From NCBI GenBank assembly GCA_036676495.1, contig JAKFCT010000037.1:1-54512 (forward strand): DNA of 54,512 nucleotides, read 5' to 3'. Both the position numbers and the translations under genes were made by a program. Positions within the stretch are counted from its first letter, which is position 1. Each line of letters starts with the position of its first letter. The notes under the pieces were generated by a model, which saw nothing but the letters and a program-made list of their open reading frames with translations, had not been told where the DNA came from and searched no databases. This document shows, piece by piece, positions 9,125-17,861 of the stretch. The DNA is from Candidatus Sericytochromatia bacterium (GTDB taxonomy: Bacteria > Cyanobacteriota > Sericytochromatia > S15B-MN24 > UBA4093).

Positions 9125-10312
9125 ATGAAGCGCGCAGCGAGCGGGAAGAGCCTCCGGCCGAGACGGTCGGAGTTCCTGGTTTTCGGGGCTCCCCTGATCA
9201 CGGAGGCGGAGATCCGCGAGGTGGAGGACACCCTGCGCTCGGGCTGGCTGGGGACGGGTCCCAAGACCAAGCGTTTCGAGCAGGACTTCGCGGCCTACAC
9301 GGGGGCCCGCCACGCGATCGCCCTCAACTCCTGCACGGCGGGGCTGCACCTGGCCCTCGACGCGGCGGGCATCGGGCCCGGCGACGAGGTGATCACGACC
9401 CCGATGACCTTCTGCGCCACCGCCAACGTGATCATGCACGTCGGCGCCACGCCCGTCTTCGCCGACGTCTCGCGGCAAACGTTCAATTTGGATCCCGACG
9501 CCGTGGCCAAGGCCATCACGCCCCGGACCAAGGCCATCCTGCCGGTGCACTTCGCGGGGCGCCCCTGCGACATGGAGCCCCTGCTCGATCTGGCCGCCAA
9601 GCACGGCCTGCTGGTGATCGAGGACGCCGCCCATGCCACCGAGGCCCGCTACCACGGCCTCAAGGTGGGCGCCATCGGCGACATGACGGCCTTCTCGTTC
9701 TACGCCACCAAGAACGTGGTCACGGGCGAGGGCGGCATGCTGACCACGCATTCCGACCACTGGGCCGAGCGCATCCGAATTCGCAGCCTGCACGGCCTTT
9801 CCAAGGACGCCTGGAAGCGCTACTCCTCGGAGGGCTTCCAGCCCTACGACACGCTCTACCCCGGCTACAAGTACAACATGATGGATCTCCAGGCCTCCCT
9901 CGGCATCCACCAGCTCGCGCGGGTCGCGGAGAATCACCGCCGCCGCACGGAGATCTGGGAGCGCTACGACGCCGCCTTCGCGGGCCGCTTCCACCTCCCC
10001 GCGCCGGCCGAGCCCGAGACCGTCCATGCCCGCCACCTCTACACCCTCCTGCTCGAGCCCGAGACCCTCGGCATGGGCCAGGTCGAGTTCCTGGAGGCCC
10101 TCAAGGCCGAGAACATCGGAGCGGGCATCCACTTCATCGCCCTGCACCTCCACAGCTTCTACCGCGAGCGCCTGGGCACCAAGCGCGGAGACTTCCCGAA
10201 CGCCGAGTGGATCTCGGATCGGACCGTCTCCTTGCCCCTGTCGCCCAAGCTCACGGACGAGGACGTCGAAGACGTGATCGCCGCCGTCCTCCGGATCTCC
10301 GATCGCCGATGA
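9125..10312 (+). CDS. DegT/DnrJ/EryC1/StrS PLP-dependent sugar aminotransferase
   Basis: NSCTAGLHLAL, IEDAAHA, FSFYATKN..TGEGG, GYKYNM. Confidence 0.95.
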   Translation: MKRAASGKSLRPRRSEFLVFGAPLITEAEIREVEDTLRSGWLGTGPKTKRFEQDFAAYTGARHAIALNSCTAGLHLALDAAGIGPGDEVITTPMTFCATANVIMHVGATPVFADVSRQTFNLDPDAVAKAITPRTKAILPVHFAGRPCDMEPLLDLAAKHGLLVIEDAAHATEARYHGLKVGAIGDMTAFSFYATKNVVTGEGGMLTTHSDHWAERIRIRSLHGLSKDAWKRYSSEGFQPYDTLYPGYKYNMMDLQASLGIHQLARVAENHRRRTEIWERYDAAFAGRFHLPAPAEPETVHARHLYTLLLEPETLGMGQVEFLEALKAENIGAGIHFIALHLHSFYRERLGTKRGDFPNAEWISDRTVSLPLSPKLTDEDVEDVIAAVLRISDRR

Positions 10313-11511
10313 AGCCCCTGGTCCTTCACTCGGTCTACCGCTACCTGCCCCTGACCGAGACCTGGATCTACGGCCAAATTCAGGCCGTCTCGGAATTCCG
10401 GCAGGCGGTCATCTGCGTCGACCAAGAGCACCCCGAGCGCTTCCCCTTCACTCCGATCGTGAGCATGGCCGATCACCCGATCGTGAAGCCCGTTTTGCGC
10501 GCGGCGCGGGCGCTCTCCCCCCTCATGGGGACGCCCGCGCGCCGCTACGACCGCTTGCTCGCCCCCTGGTACCGCTACGCATGGCCGCTGCTCGCCACCA
10601 CCCCCCTCCAGGCCTGGGCTCCGCGCCTGATCCACGCCCATTTCGGCGATCAGGCCACCCGGACGCTCGGCCTCAAAGCCGCCACCAACGCCCCCATGGT
10701 CACCACCTTCTACGGCTACGACCTGGCCCTCGCCCGCGAGCCCTTCTGGAGAACGGCCTACGCCCGCTTGTTCCAGGCAGGCGAGCTCTTCCTGGTCGAA
10801 GGCCATGCCATGGCGCGCACGCTCGCCGAGATCGGCTGCCCCCCCTCCAAGATCCACGTCCAGCACCTCGGCGTCGACCTCGACGCCATCCCCTTCTGCC
10901 CGCGAGCGCCCGAAGACGTCTGCCGCGTGCTGATCGCCGCCTCCTTCCGCGAAAAGAAAGGCATCCCCCAGGCCCTGGAAGCCTACGCCAGGGTCCTCTC
11001 CCGACATCCCGGCAAGCTCTCCCTCACCCTCATCGGGGACGGGCCCATGCGCGACGCCATCCACGCCCAGGCCCGCTCGCTCGGCCTCTATGACTCCATC
11101 CGCTGGCTGGGCTACCAGCCCCACGCGGTCTTCCTCGAAGAAGCCCGCCGCTCCCACGTCTTCCTCCACCCCTCGATCACGGCCTCGGACGGCGACACCG
11201 AAGGAGGCGCCCCCGTCTCCATCCTGGAAGCCCAGGCCACCGGCCTGCCCGTGGTGGCGACCCGGCACGCGGACATCCCCGAGGTGACCCACCCCGACTC
11301 CGCCGAACTGGTGCCCGAACGCGACGTCGACGCCCTCGCCGATGCCCTCGCCCGCGTCGCCCTCCATCCCCAGCGCTGGGCCGCCATGGGCGAGGCCGGC
11401 CGGCGCCACGTCGAAGCCGAGTACGACGTTCGCCAGCAAGGACTCCGGCTCGAAGGCCTCTACCACTCCCTCATCCGCCAAAAAGCCGCCGGCCGCCTCG
11501 CCTTCGACTGA
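10309..11511 (+). CDS. GT4 glycosyltransferase (WcaL-like)
   Basis: ATGA overlap with upstream gene; HAHFG, EKKG, DGDTEGGAPVSILEAQATGLPVV. Confidence 0.9.
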   Translation: MKPLVLHSVYRYLPLTETWIYGQIQAVSEFRQAVICVDQEHPERFPFTPIVSMADHPIVKPVLRAARALSPLMGTPARRYDRLLAPWYRYAWPLLATTPLQAWAPRLIHAHFGDQATRTLGLKAATNAPMVTTFYGYDLALAREPFWRTAYARLFQAGELFLVEGHAMARTLAEIGCPPSKIHVQHLGVDLDAIPFCPRAPEDVCRVLIAASFREKKGIPQALEAYARVLSRHPGKLSLTLIGDGPMRDAIHAQARSLGLYDSIRWLGYQPHAVFLEEARRSHVFLHPSITASDGDTEGGAPVSILEAQATGLPVVATRHADIPEVTHPDSAELVPERDVDALADALARVALHPQRWAAMGEAGRRHVEAEYDVRQQGLRLEGLYHSLIRQKAAGRLAFD

Positions 11512-11680
11512 CGCCGCGCGCCTTCCCAAAAAACCCCGCTCCGCGCGCCGTTTCCCGGGTTTCGGAGCGCGCGGACGGGGGAATTGACTTCTTCACGATC
11601 CTTTACATCCCTTGTCATCGGCATGATACCCTCCCGCATGTCACATCCCGCAGCATCGCCACCTGGCGAAGGAGGTTCTC

Positions 11681-12565
11681 ATGCTCACCCGTTTGCAGGA
11701 TGCCCCTGACTACCAACTCGCTGAAGGCGAACCCGACGTGAGAGGCTGGAAGGTCTTCGACGCGAGCTGCAAATCCCTGGGATCCATCGACAACCTGATC
11801 CTGGACACCGAGGCGGACGAGATTCGCTACCTGAGCGTCACGGGTGACGGTCAGAAGCGCATGGTCCCCGTCGGCATGGTCGATATCGACACGGCGGATC
11901 GGCAGGTCCTGCTGAAGTCGAACGCCAACTTCGAGACGTTCCCCACCGATACCGGCGGCCCCATCACCGCCGAGCGCGAGCGCCAGTACTACAGCACCTT
12001 CATCCCCGAGGGCAAAACCACGGGCATGAGCTACCAGCGCCCCGAGTTCAAGCATGAGAGCGACCACCTCACGCTGCTCGAGGAACGCCTCCGGATCGGC
12101 AAGCGGCAGGAGCAAAGAGGCGAGGCCGTGGCGCGCAAGCGCGTCGAGCAACACCCCGTCGAAGAGCAGGTCCAGCTCCGCCGCGAGCACGTCGAGATCG
12201 AACGGCGCGCCATCAACAAACCCCTGGCCCAGACCGATTTCGCGAGCACCCAGGGCAAGGCCTTCCAGGAGGGCGAGGAAATCCACGTCCCCCTCATGGC
12301 CGAAGAGGCCGTGGTCTCCAAGGAACCCTTCGTCAAGGAAGAGATCATCCTGCGCAAGACCGCGGACATGCGCACGGAGACCATCCGTGAGAACGTCCGC
12401 GAGGAAGTGGTCGAGTTCACGGGTACCGAGCCCGAGGGCCGCAGCATGCCCCAGGGCCGCCGCATGACCGAAGGCACGGTGACCGGGGAAACCGACGTCA
12501 GCCAGCGCCGGGAGCACAAGCCCGGCCTCGGCGAGAAGATCAAGCGGAACCTCGGCATGGACTAA
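11681..12565 (+). CDS. PRC-barrel plus DUF2382 (YsnF/AvaK-like) protein
   Basis: DVRGWKV..G.IDNL PRC barrel; LLEERLRIGK, LRREHVEIERR, EEAVVSK, VREEVVE; AAGGAGG SD. Confidence 0.9.
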   Translation: MLTRLQDAPDYQLAEGEPDVRGWKVFDASCKSLGSIDNLILDTEADEIRYLSVTGDGQKRMVPVGMVDIDTADRQVLLKSNANFETFPTDTGGPITAERERQYYSTFIPEGKTTGMSYQRPEFKHESDHLTLLEERLRIGKRQEQRGEAVARKRVEQHPVEEQVQLRREHVEIERRAINKPLAQTDFASTQGKAFQEGEEIHVPLMAEEAVVSKEPFVKEEIILRKTADMRTETIRENVREEVVEFTGTEPEGRSMPQGRRMTEGTVTGETDVSQRREHKPGLGEKIKRNLGMD

Positions 12566-12603
12566 GCACGTGGCGCGGGCCTCTGCGCCCGTGCTAGCTA
12601 AGA

Positions 12604-13260
12604 CTAGGGATGGGCGAAGGTGGCCCGCTGGAAGCTGAGAAGCTCGGTCTCGGTCACCTTCCCGTCCTGCTGGGAGCGCGTCTTGATGATGCCGATCTCC
12701 GGCTTCACCCAGAAGGTCAGCTCCGCGGGAGCCCCCGGCATGGCACCCGCCAGGTTCGTGCGGTAGGTGATGCGCGCGCAGTCCTCGAATCTGCCGGCCG
12801 AAACCGTGATCGTCTCGAGACCCTGCAGCTCGGCGGTCAGCTCGTAGGCGACTTCCCGGCCGCTGGCGTCACGGTACGATCCCTTCTGCGCCACCCAGGA
12901 GTCCTGGGGCTCCACGTCCTTGAGGTAGTAGACCAGCGGCGAGAACTGCATGCCCTCCGCGGTCGGCGTCACCTGGATGGCCATGCCCTCTGCCGTCCGG
13001 ATGACGGTGAAGCGGGAGGTCTGCGGATCGGCGCCCCTGCGATGCAGCGTCTGAACCACCTGGGCATAGGTGCGCTCCCCTTGGCCGCGCGTGCGGATCA
13101 CCCGGGTGATCGCCACGTCCCCGTTGGAGATGCCGTAGCGCAGCTCGTCGCCCACCTGGGGCAGGTACGGCGTCGCCGTGGCCGGTGCCGCAAAAAGGGC
13201 CCCGAGCAGCCCCAAAACGATGCCGAGCTTCCCGATTCCCGGTTTCTCGAAAGCGCCCAT
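12604..13260 (-). CDS. Secreted hypothetical protein (DUF3108-like beta-sheet)
   Basis: Signal peptide; ETITVSAGRFEDC and W.KPEIGIIK motifs. Confidence 0.65.
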   Translation of the reverse strand: MGAFEKPGIGKLGIVLGLLGALFAAPATATPYLPQVGDELRYGISNGDVAITRVIRTRGQGERTYAQVVQTLHRRGADPQTSRFTVIRTAEGMAIQVTPTAEGMQFSPLVYYLKDVEPQDSWVAQKGSYRDASGREVAYELTAELQGLETITVSAGRFEDCARITYRTNLAGAMPGAPAELTFWVKPEIGIIKTRSQQDGKVTETELLSFQRATFAHP

Positions 13261-13392
13261 GGCCCCCTCCTCTCCCGGCGGTCGCGGAGCAAGGCCGAAG
13301 GGCGTCCATCAGGCCTGCCGCTCAGGCCCTAGCTTAGAAGAGGAGCGCTTGGCTGGCTTCGGCAGAGACGGAGAAGGGATTGGGAGCGCCCG

Positions 13393-14076
13393 TCAGCGCG
13401 CGGCGGGCGGAACGGTCACGTCCCGTTCGCGGGCCAGGCGCAAGAGCCAGAGCGGCAAAGGCGCCACCTCCCCGCCGGGATTGAGGCGGGAGAGCCGTTC
13501 CTGGACGGGATTCCAGGGAGCCATCAGCATGGCCTCATGGCCCTGCTCTCCGAGCCCCCGGACGAAGTCTTGGCCGTGCTCCTGGCACATGAGGAAGACC
13601 TCCCGCTCCGCGACCTTGGCCCCGAACGCACCGTATGCGCGGCAGATGGCGGGCCGCACGTCGTAGTACCCGCAGCGATCGCCCTCCAGCAAGGGACATG
13701 CCCGGGGCACGCCCTCCAGGACAGCGGTCGGAACGTCCGGAGAATGCGCGCTCCAGTGCTGGGCCGCGGCTTCCAGGGCCGCTTCATGGGGGCCGTAGTC
13801 CCGGAGCACCTGAGCGAGCAGCGCGTCCAGGCGGGGATCGGCCCGGAGGGCCGCGCGCATGGGCTCCCACTCGGCGCGGGTGACCCGGAAGAGCTGCGTG
13901 CGGCAACAATGCGCGCAGCCGTCCCGGCATGGCAAGCTGGGATAGGCCTTGGCGAAGGCGAAGGCCATGTACTCGATCGGCGTGTAGAGATCCGTCCAAT
14001 CCCCCTGGCCGAGGCCCGTGGAGGCTTCGAGCATGGAGGGAAGTTCCCGGATGGTTCGGCGCAGCAACTCGGACAT
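13393..14076 (-). CDS. YkgJ family cysteine-cluster (CxxCxxCC) protein
   Basis: CRDGCAHCC, CPLL...CGYYDVRPAICRAYG. Confidence 0.85.
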   Translation of the reverse strand: MSELLRRTIRELPSMLEASTGLGQGDWTDLYTPIEYMAFAFAKAYPSLPCRDGCAHCCRTQLFRVTRAEWEPMRAALRADPRLDALLAQVLRDYGPHEAALEAAAQHWSAHSPDVPTAVLEGVPRACPLLEGDRCGYYDVRPAICRAYGAFGAKVAEREVFLMCQEHGQDFVRGLGEQGHEAMLMAPWNPVQERLSRLNPGGEVAPLPLWLLRLARERDVTVPPAAR

Positions 14077-14181
14077 GACGGAGGCATCGTACCCGGTTTC
14101 CGGGATTGCGACGCAAGATCTCCGCCCGCGCCTCGGATAAGAACCGGTACATGGACGGTTAACGGAAGGAGGACGCCCCGC

Positions 14182-14331
14182 ATGGCACGGACCTGGAGCT
14201 GGATCTTGCTCGGGATCATGGTGGTGATGCTGTCGGGTTGCGGTCGGACGCCCACGGCGGCGGAGGGGACCGGCAAGAAGAAGCCGGCTCCGGTGCATAC
14301 CCGTAGCGCGACGCTTCCGAGCGTCCATTAG
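14182..14331 (+). CDS. Small 49-aa lipoprotein
   Basis: AAGGAGG SD, MARTWSWILLGIMVVMLSGC lipobox. Confidence 0.65.
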   Translation: MARTWSWILLGIMVVMLSGCGRTPTAAEGTGKKKPAPVHTRSATLPSVH

Positions 14332-14429
14332 CGCGGGCTGACGTCCGCTCCCTCTTCCGCCTTCGTCTTCGCGCCCCTTTCTCCCTCCCGCACGATGTCC
14401 CCGGAGGCTCCATGGCCTAAGCTGGGGCC

Positions 14430-15374
14430 ATGGAGCAGCGCGTAACGGGCTGGGGCCTGGCTCCAGCGAGTCCCTACCATTGGCTAGCCCAGGCGTTGGC
14501 GACGGTTTTCGCCTATGACCTGGACCCTAGCCGGCCGCTTTTGGCCCCCTCCGGGGAGGCTTCCCACCGCGTGGAGGCCCTGGAACTGGATCTGGGGAGC
14601 CGCTTCATCCCCGCCATCCGCTTCAAACCCGAGCCCTCCAACGGGGCGGCGATCTGCTTCACGCATGCGGCGGGGGCTCCGCAGGTGCTCCCGTATTTCC
14701 GGCTGATCCGGGAGATGCTGGCGGCGGGTTACACGGTCCTCTTCTACGAGCTGGACGGCCATGGCCGCAACCCGTATCCGCTCTCGGCGTCGGAGGTGCT
14801 TTCCATCGTTCCGGCGGCGATCCGGCAGCTGCGCCGGGAGTTCTATCGGGTCGGGCTGGTGGGAATGAGCCTGGGGTCGGTGCTCTCGCTGCGGGCGGCG
14901 GCGCAGGACCCGGATCTCGCGGCCATGGTGCTGCTGAGCCCACCCTTGCGGGTCGTGCTCTCCGACTGGGAGCTGATCGGTGAAACGCTGGGCACCTTCT
15001 TCGTGGAGAATGCGCCGATCCTGCTGGAGACCTCCCTCGAGCACATGCTGGCTCCGTGCCTGGGGCCGGTTCGCTTCGCGGAGCATGGCCATCACGCCAT
15101 GGTCGATCGGGGGTTCATCGATGCCATGGCCCAGCTGATCGCCGAGCTGGATCCGCTGGGGCATGCTCCGCGGGTCCAGGGAGTGCCCACCCGGATCCTG
15201 CATGGGGACTGGGACCGGATCGTCCCGCCCCGCAGCTCGCTGGAGCTGCTCTCCGCGCTCGCGGCCCCGGCGGATCGGCTGATCCTACCCCGGCGCACCC
15301 ATTTCACCCTGCTCTTCGAGCCCCGCGCCGCCCAGGAGACCGTCGCGTGGCTGAACCAGCACATGATCCGCTAG
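14430..15374 (+). CDS. Alpha/beta hydrolase
   Basis: ELDGHG, GMSLG, HGDWDRIVP, THF catalytic-triad pattern. Confidence 0.85.
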   Translation: MEQRVTGWGLAPASPYHWLAQALATVFAYDLDPSRPLLAPSGEASHRVEALELDLGSRFIPAIRFKPEPSNGAAICFTHAAGAPQVLPYFRLIREMLAAGYTVLFYELDGHGRNPYPLSASEVLSIVPAAIRQLRREFYRVGLVGMSLGSVLSLRAAAQDPDLAAMVLLSPPLRVVLSDWELIGETLGTFFVENAPILLETSLEHMLAPCLGPVRFAEHGHHAMVDRGFIDAMAQLIAELDPLGHAPRVQGVPTRILHGDWDRIVPPRSSLELLSALAAPADRLILPRRTHFTLLFEPRAAQETVAWLNQHMIR

Positions 15375-15401
15375 AGCGATCTTCGTGGCTGCAGGCCAAC
15401 G

Positions 15402-15435
15402 TGCGGAAGCCCCCTCGTACGAGGGGGCTTCCGCA
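15402..15435. terminator. Perfect palindrome between convergent genes
   Basis: tgcggaagccccctcg-ta-cgagggggcttccgca. Confidence 0.7.
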
Positions 15436-15448
15436 TCTCCGGGAAGAT

Positions 15449-15817
15449 CTAGGGGGCGCCACCGCCAGACTGATCGGGGCCCGGGGGCGTGCCCTGCTCG
15501 TTGCCGCCCATGCCGGGCGAGGGCGTCGCCATGCCGCCTCCGCCACCACCACGGGTGCCCGGGCTGGGGCTGGCCATGGTGCCCCCACCGCCGCCACCAC
15601 GGGTGCCCGGGCTGGGGCTGGCCATGGTGCCCCCACCGCCGCCACCTCCGGTGCCCGGGCTGGGGCTGGCCATGGTGCCACCACCGCCGCCACCTCCGGT
15701 GCCGCCGGGTTCGCGCTGCTCCATGCCGCCGCCGCCGCCCTCCTCGGCCGGTTGGCAACCGACCATCAGCGCTCCGAGCGACAGGGCCATCATCAAGACG
15801 ACTCCGCGTTTCAGCAT
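15449..15817 (-). CDS. Gly/Pro-rich low-complexity lipoprotein
   Basis: Lipobox LMVGC; three GGGGGG(G)TMASPSPGT repeats. Confidence 0.7.
   Translation of the reverse strand: MLKRGVVLMMALSLGALMVGCQPAEEGGGGGMEQREPGGTGGGGGGGTMASPSPGTGGGGGGGTMASPSPGTRGGGGGGTMASPSPGTRGGGGGGMATPSPGMGGNEQGTPPGPDQSGGGAP
15554..15703. repeat. 48-bp tandem repeat x3 inside lipoprotein gene
   Basis: Units begin 15554, 15602, 15650 (ggtgcccgggctggggctggccatggtgcc...). Confidence 0.9.
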
Positions 15818-16016
15818 CTCTCTCCCTCCATGGATCGTCCCCCGCGACGTCAGCTGGCCTGAGGCAGGATGCCTCCCACGACCTCGGGGACCTCCTCATG
15901 ATCAAGGCGGCTCGCGAGCCGGTCATTGGTCAAAAACGCCCCCATCGTCGGAAGGCATCCTGCATCATGCACGTTTCATCGCGAGGGGAGACCGTCGTGA
16001 CGGAACGGGGTTCGTT

Positions 16017-16763
16017 CTAGGGAGAGGGAGGGATCGGATAGGCGGCGATCGCCGCGATCAAGCCTTCCATCGTGTAGGGATCCGCTTCCACGGCGGCCTG
16101 GAGCCCGCGCCGCCGGATGGCCGCCGAGCTGACCGGCCCGATCGACGCCAGGCGCGTTCGGGCCCAGACCGACGCGTCGACGCGGTCGATCAGCGCCTCG
16201 AGGGTCGAGGGGCTGGTCACCAGCACCCAGTCGATCATTCCGCTTCGCAAGGCCTCGAGCGCCTCCCCTTCTTCGAGGGTCGTGAGGCTGCGGTAGGCGA
16301 TGGGATCGTCGACCTGGATGCCGGCCGCGCGAAGCTCTCCCGGCAGCACGTCCCGGGCCCGGTTCGCCTTGGGGAAGAGCACGCGGCGGATCCCTTTGAT
16401 TTTCAACAGCGCTTCCGCCAGGGATTCGGCGGTCGCCGCGGGAGGGATCAGTTCCGGCGTCACTCCCCGCTGTTCCAGGGCTTCGGCGGTCTTGGGGCCG
16501 ACGGCGGCGACGCGGAGGCCGCGCGGCAGCCGCTCGAGGCGATCGAAGACGGCCTTCACGCCGTTGGCGCTGGTCAAGACGAGCCAGTCGTAGTCCTCGA
16601 GGTGGGCGAGGGCTTGCTCCAAAGGAGCCGGGTCCTCGGGGGGCACGATCTCGAGGGTGGGCAGGAGGATCGGCACGGCCCCGAGGCGCGAGAGCTCCGT
16701 GGCCACGCCCTCGGCCTGGTCAATCGGACGCAGGACGAGGATGCGCTGGCCGCTGAGACTCAT
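16017..16763 (-). CDS. hemD: Uroporphyrinogen-III synthase
   Basis: YDWLVLTSANGV, AVGPKTA, TSPST, SIGPVS; overlaps hemC end. Confidence 0.92.
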   Translation of the reverse strand: MSLSGQRILVLRPIDQAEGVATELSRLGAVPILLPTLEIVPPEDPAPLEQALAHLEDYDWLVLTSANGVKAVFDRLERLPRGLRVAAVGPKTAEALEQRGVTPELIPPAATAESLAEALLKIKGIRRVLFPKANRARDVLPGELRAAGIQVDDPIAYRSLTTLEEGEALEALRSGMIDWVLVTSPSTLEALIDRVDASVWARTRLASIGPVSSAAIRRRGLQAAVEADPYTMEGLIAAIAAYPIPPSP

Positions 16764-17689
16764 GGGAGGCGGGGTTTGGCCAGGAGCTCGCGAGCTCCCA
16801 GGCCGAGCAGCTCCTGGGCGAGCGCCGTGCCCAGCTCTTCGGGCTTGGCCTGGGGGCCTTCCATGGAGCGCCGGAGGACCTGGGACCCGTCCATGGCCGC
16901 CACCATGGCCTCGAGGATGAGGTGATCGCCCTGGAGGAAGGCATGGGCCCCCACGGGAGCCTGGCAGCCGCCCTGGACCTGGCGGAGGAAGGCGCGCTCG
17001 GCGAGCACCGCCACGCGGGTGGAGGCATGATCCACCTTGGCGAGCAGCTCGTGCATGGCGGTGTCAGCCTCGCGGATCTCGAGGGCCACCGCTCCCTGGC
17101 CGACCGCAGGCAGGCAGACGGACATCGGGAGGGCCTCGGTGATGCGATCGCCCCATCCCAGGCGCTTCAGACCGGCCGCCGCCAGGATGATGGCGTCCAG
17201 ATCCTCGCTCTCCAGCTTCTTCAGGCGGGTATCGAGGTTGCCGCGGATCTCCGAGAACTGCCAGGTCGGGTTGTAGGCCTTGAGCTGGGACTGACGGCGG
17301 AAGGAGCCGGTGCCGATGCGCGCCCCGTCGGGAAGCTCGGAGAGGGTCTTCCACTTCAGCGAGATGAAGGCGTCATGCACGTCCTCGCGGGGAAGGAAGG
17401 CCGCCAGCGTCAGGCCCGGATGCAGGACGGAGGGCAGATCCTTCGATGAATGGACCGCCATGTCAACTGTTCCATCCTCGAGCGCCAGCTCCAGCTCCTT
17501 GACGAACATGCCCTGCGCGCCCACGGCAGGCAGGGGAATATCCTGGCGCTGATCGCCGGTGGTCTTGATGACGACCGGCTCGAAGGTCAACTCGGGAGCC
17601 GCTTCGCGAAGCAGCGAGAGGGTCCAGTTGGTCTGCCAGAGGGCGAGCGCGCTGCCGCGGGTTCCCAGGCGGATGGTCTTTTGGCTCAT
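16760..17689 (-). CDS. hemC: Porphobilinogen deaminase
   Basis: IRLGTRGSALALWQ, AVHSSKD, IRGNLDTRL, GGCQAPVG. Confidence 0.97.
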   Translation of the reverse strand: MSQKTIRLGTRGSALALWQTNWTLSLLREAAPELTFEPVVIKTTGDQRQDIPLPAVGAQGMFVKELELALEDGTVDMAVHSSKDLPSVLHPGLTLAAFLPREDVHDAFISLKWKTLSELPDGARIGTGSFRRQSQLKAYNPTWQFSEIRGNLDTRLKKLESEDLDAIILAAAGLKRLGWGDRITEALPMSVCLPAVGQGAVALEIREADTAMHELLAKVDHASTRVAVLAERAFLRQVQGGCQAPVGAHAFLQGDHLILEAMVAAMDGSQVLRRSMEGPQAKPEELGTALAQELLGLGARELLAKPRLP

Positions 17690-17786
17690 GGTGGGTTCCT
17701 TACTCAAATACAGGCCCCTCAGTCTAGCAAATGCCCCCGTTCACCGCAACGGAGGGCCCGACGCGCAATCAATCTTCGTTGACCTT

Positions 17787-17805
17787 GATAATAATGATCG
17801 TTTAC
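17787..17805. promoter_or_regulatory. Fur-box-like site in divergent hemC / secreted-protein intergenic region
   Basis: GATAATAATGATCGTTTAC, 14/19 match to GATAATGATAATCATTATC. Confidence 0.4.
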
Positions 17806-17861
17806 AGGGCATGTGCATGCATGACGAAGTATCATTCGGTTGTCATAGAAAGGAGGGCCCC

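Noticed and set aside
9058-10308. Apparent 817-aa fusion upstream of the glycosyltransferase
   Set aside because: The N-terminal half overlaps the aminotransferase in another frame; the real start is the ATGA overlap at 10309
15402-15452. Palindrome plus gggaagatctag resembling the element end at a CTAG stop
   Set aside because: Only a short terminal match and no arm homology; an ordinary terminator explains it, although a distant relic cannot be excluded
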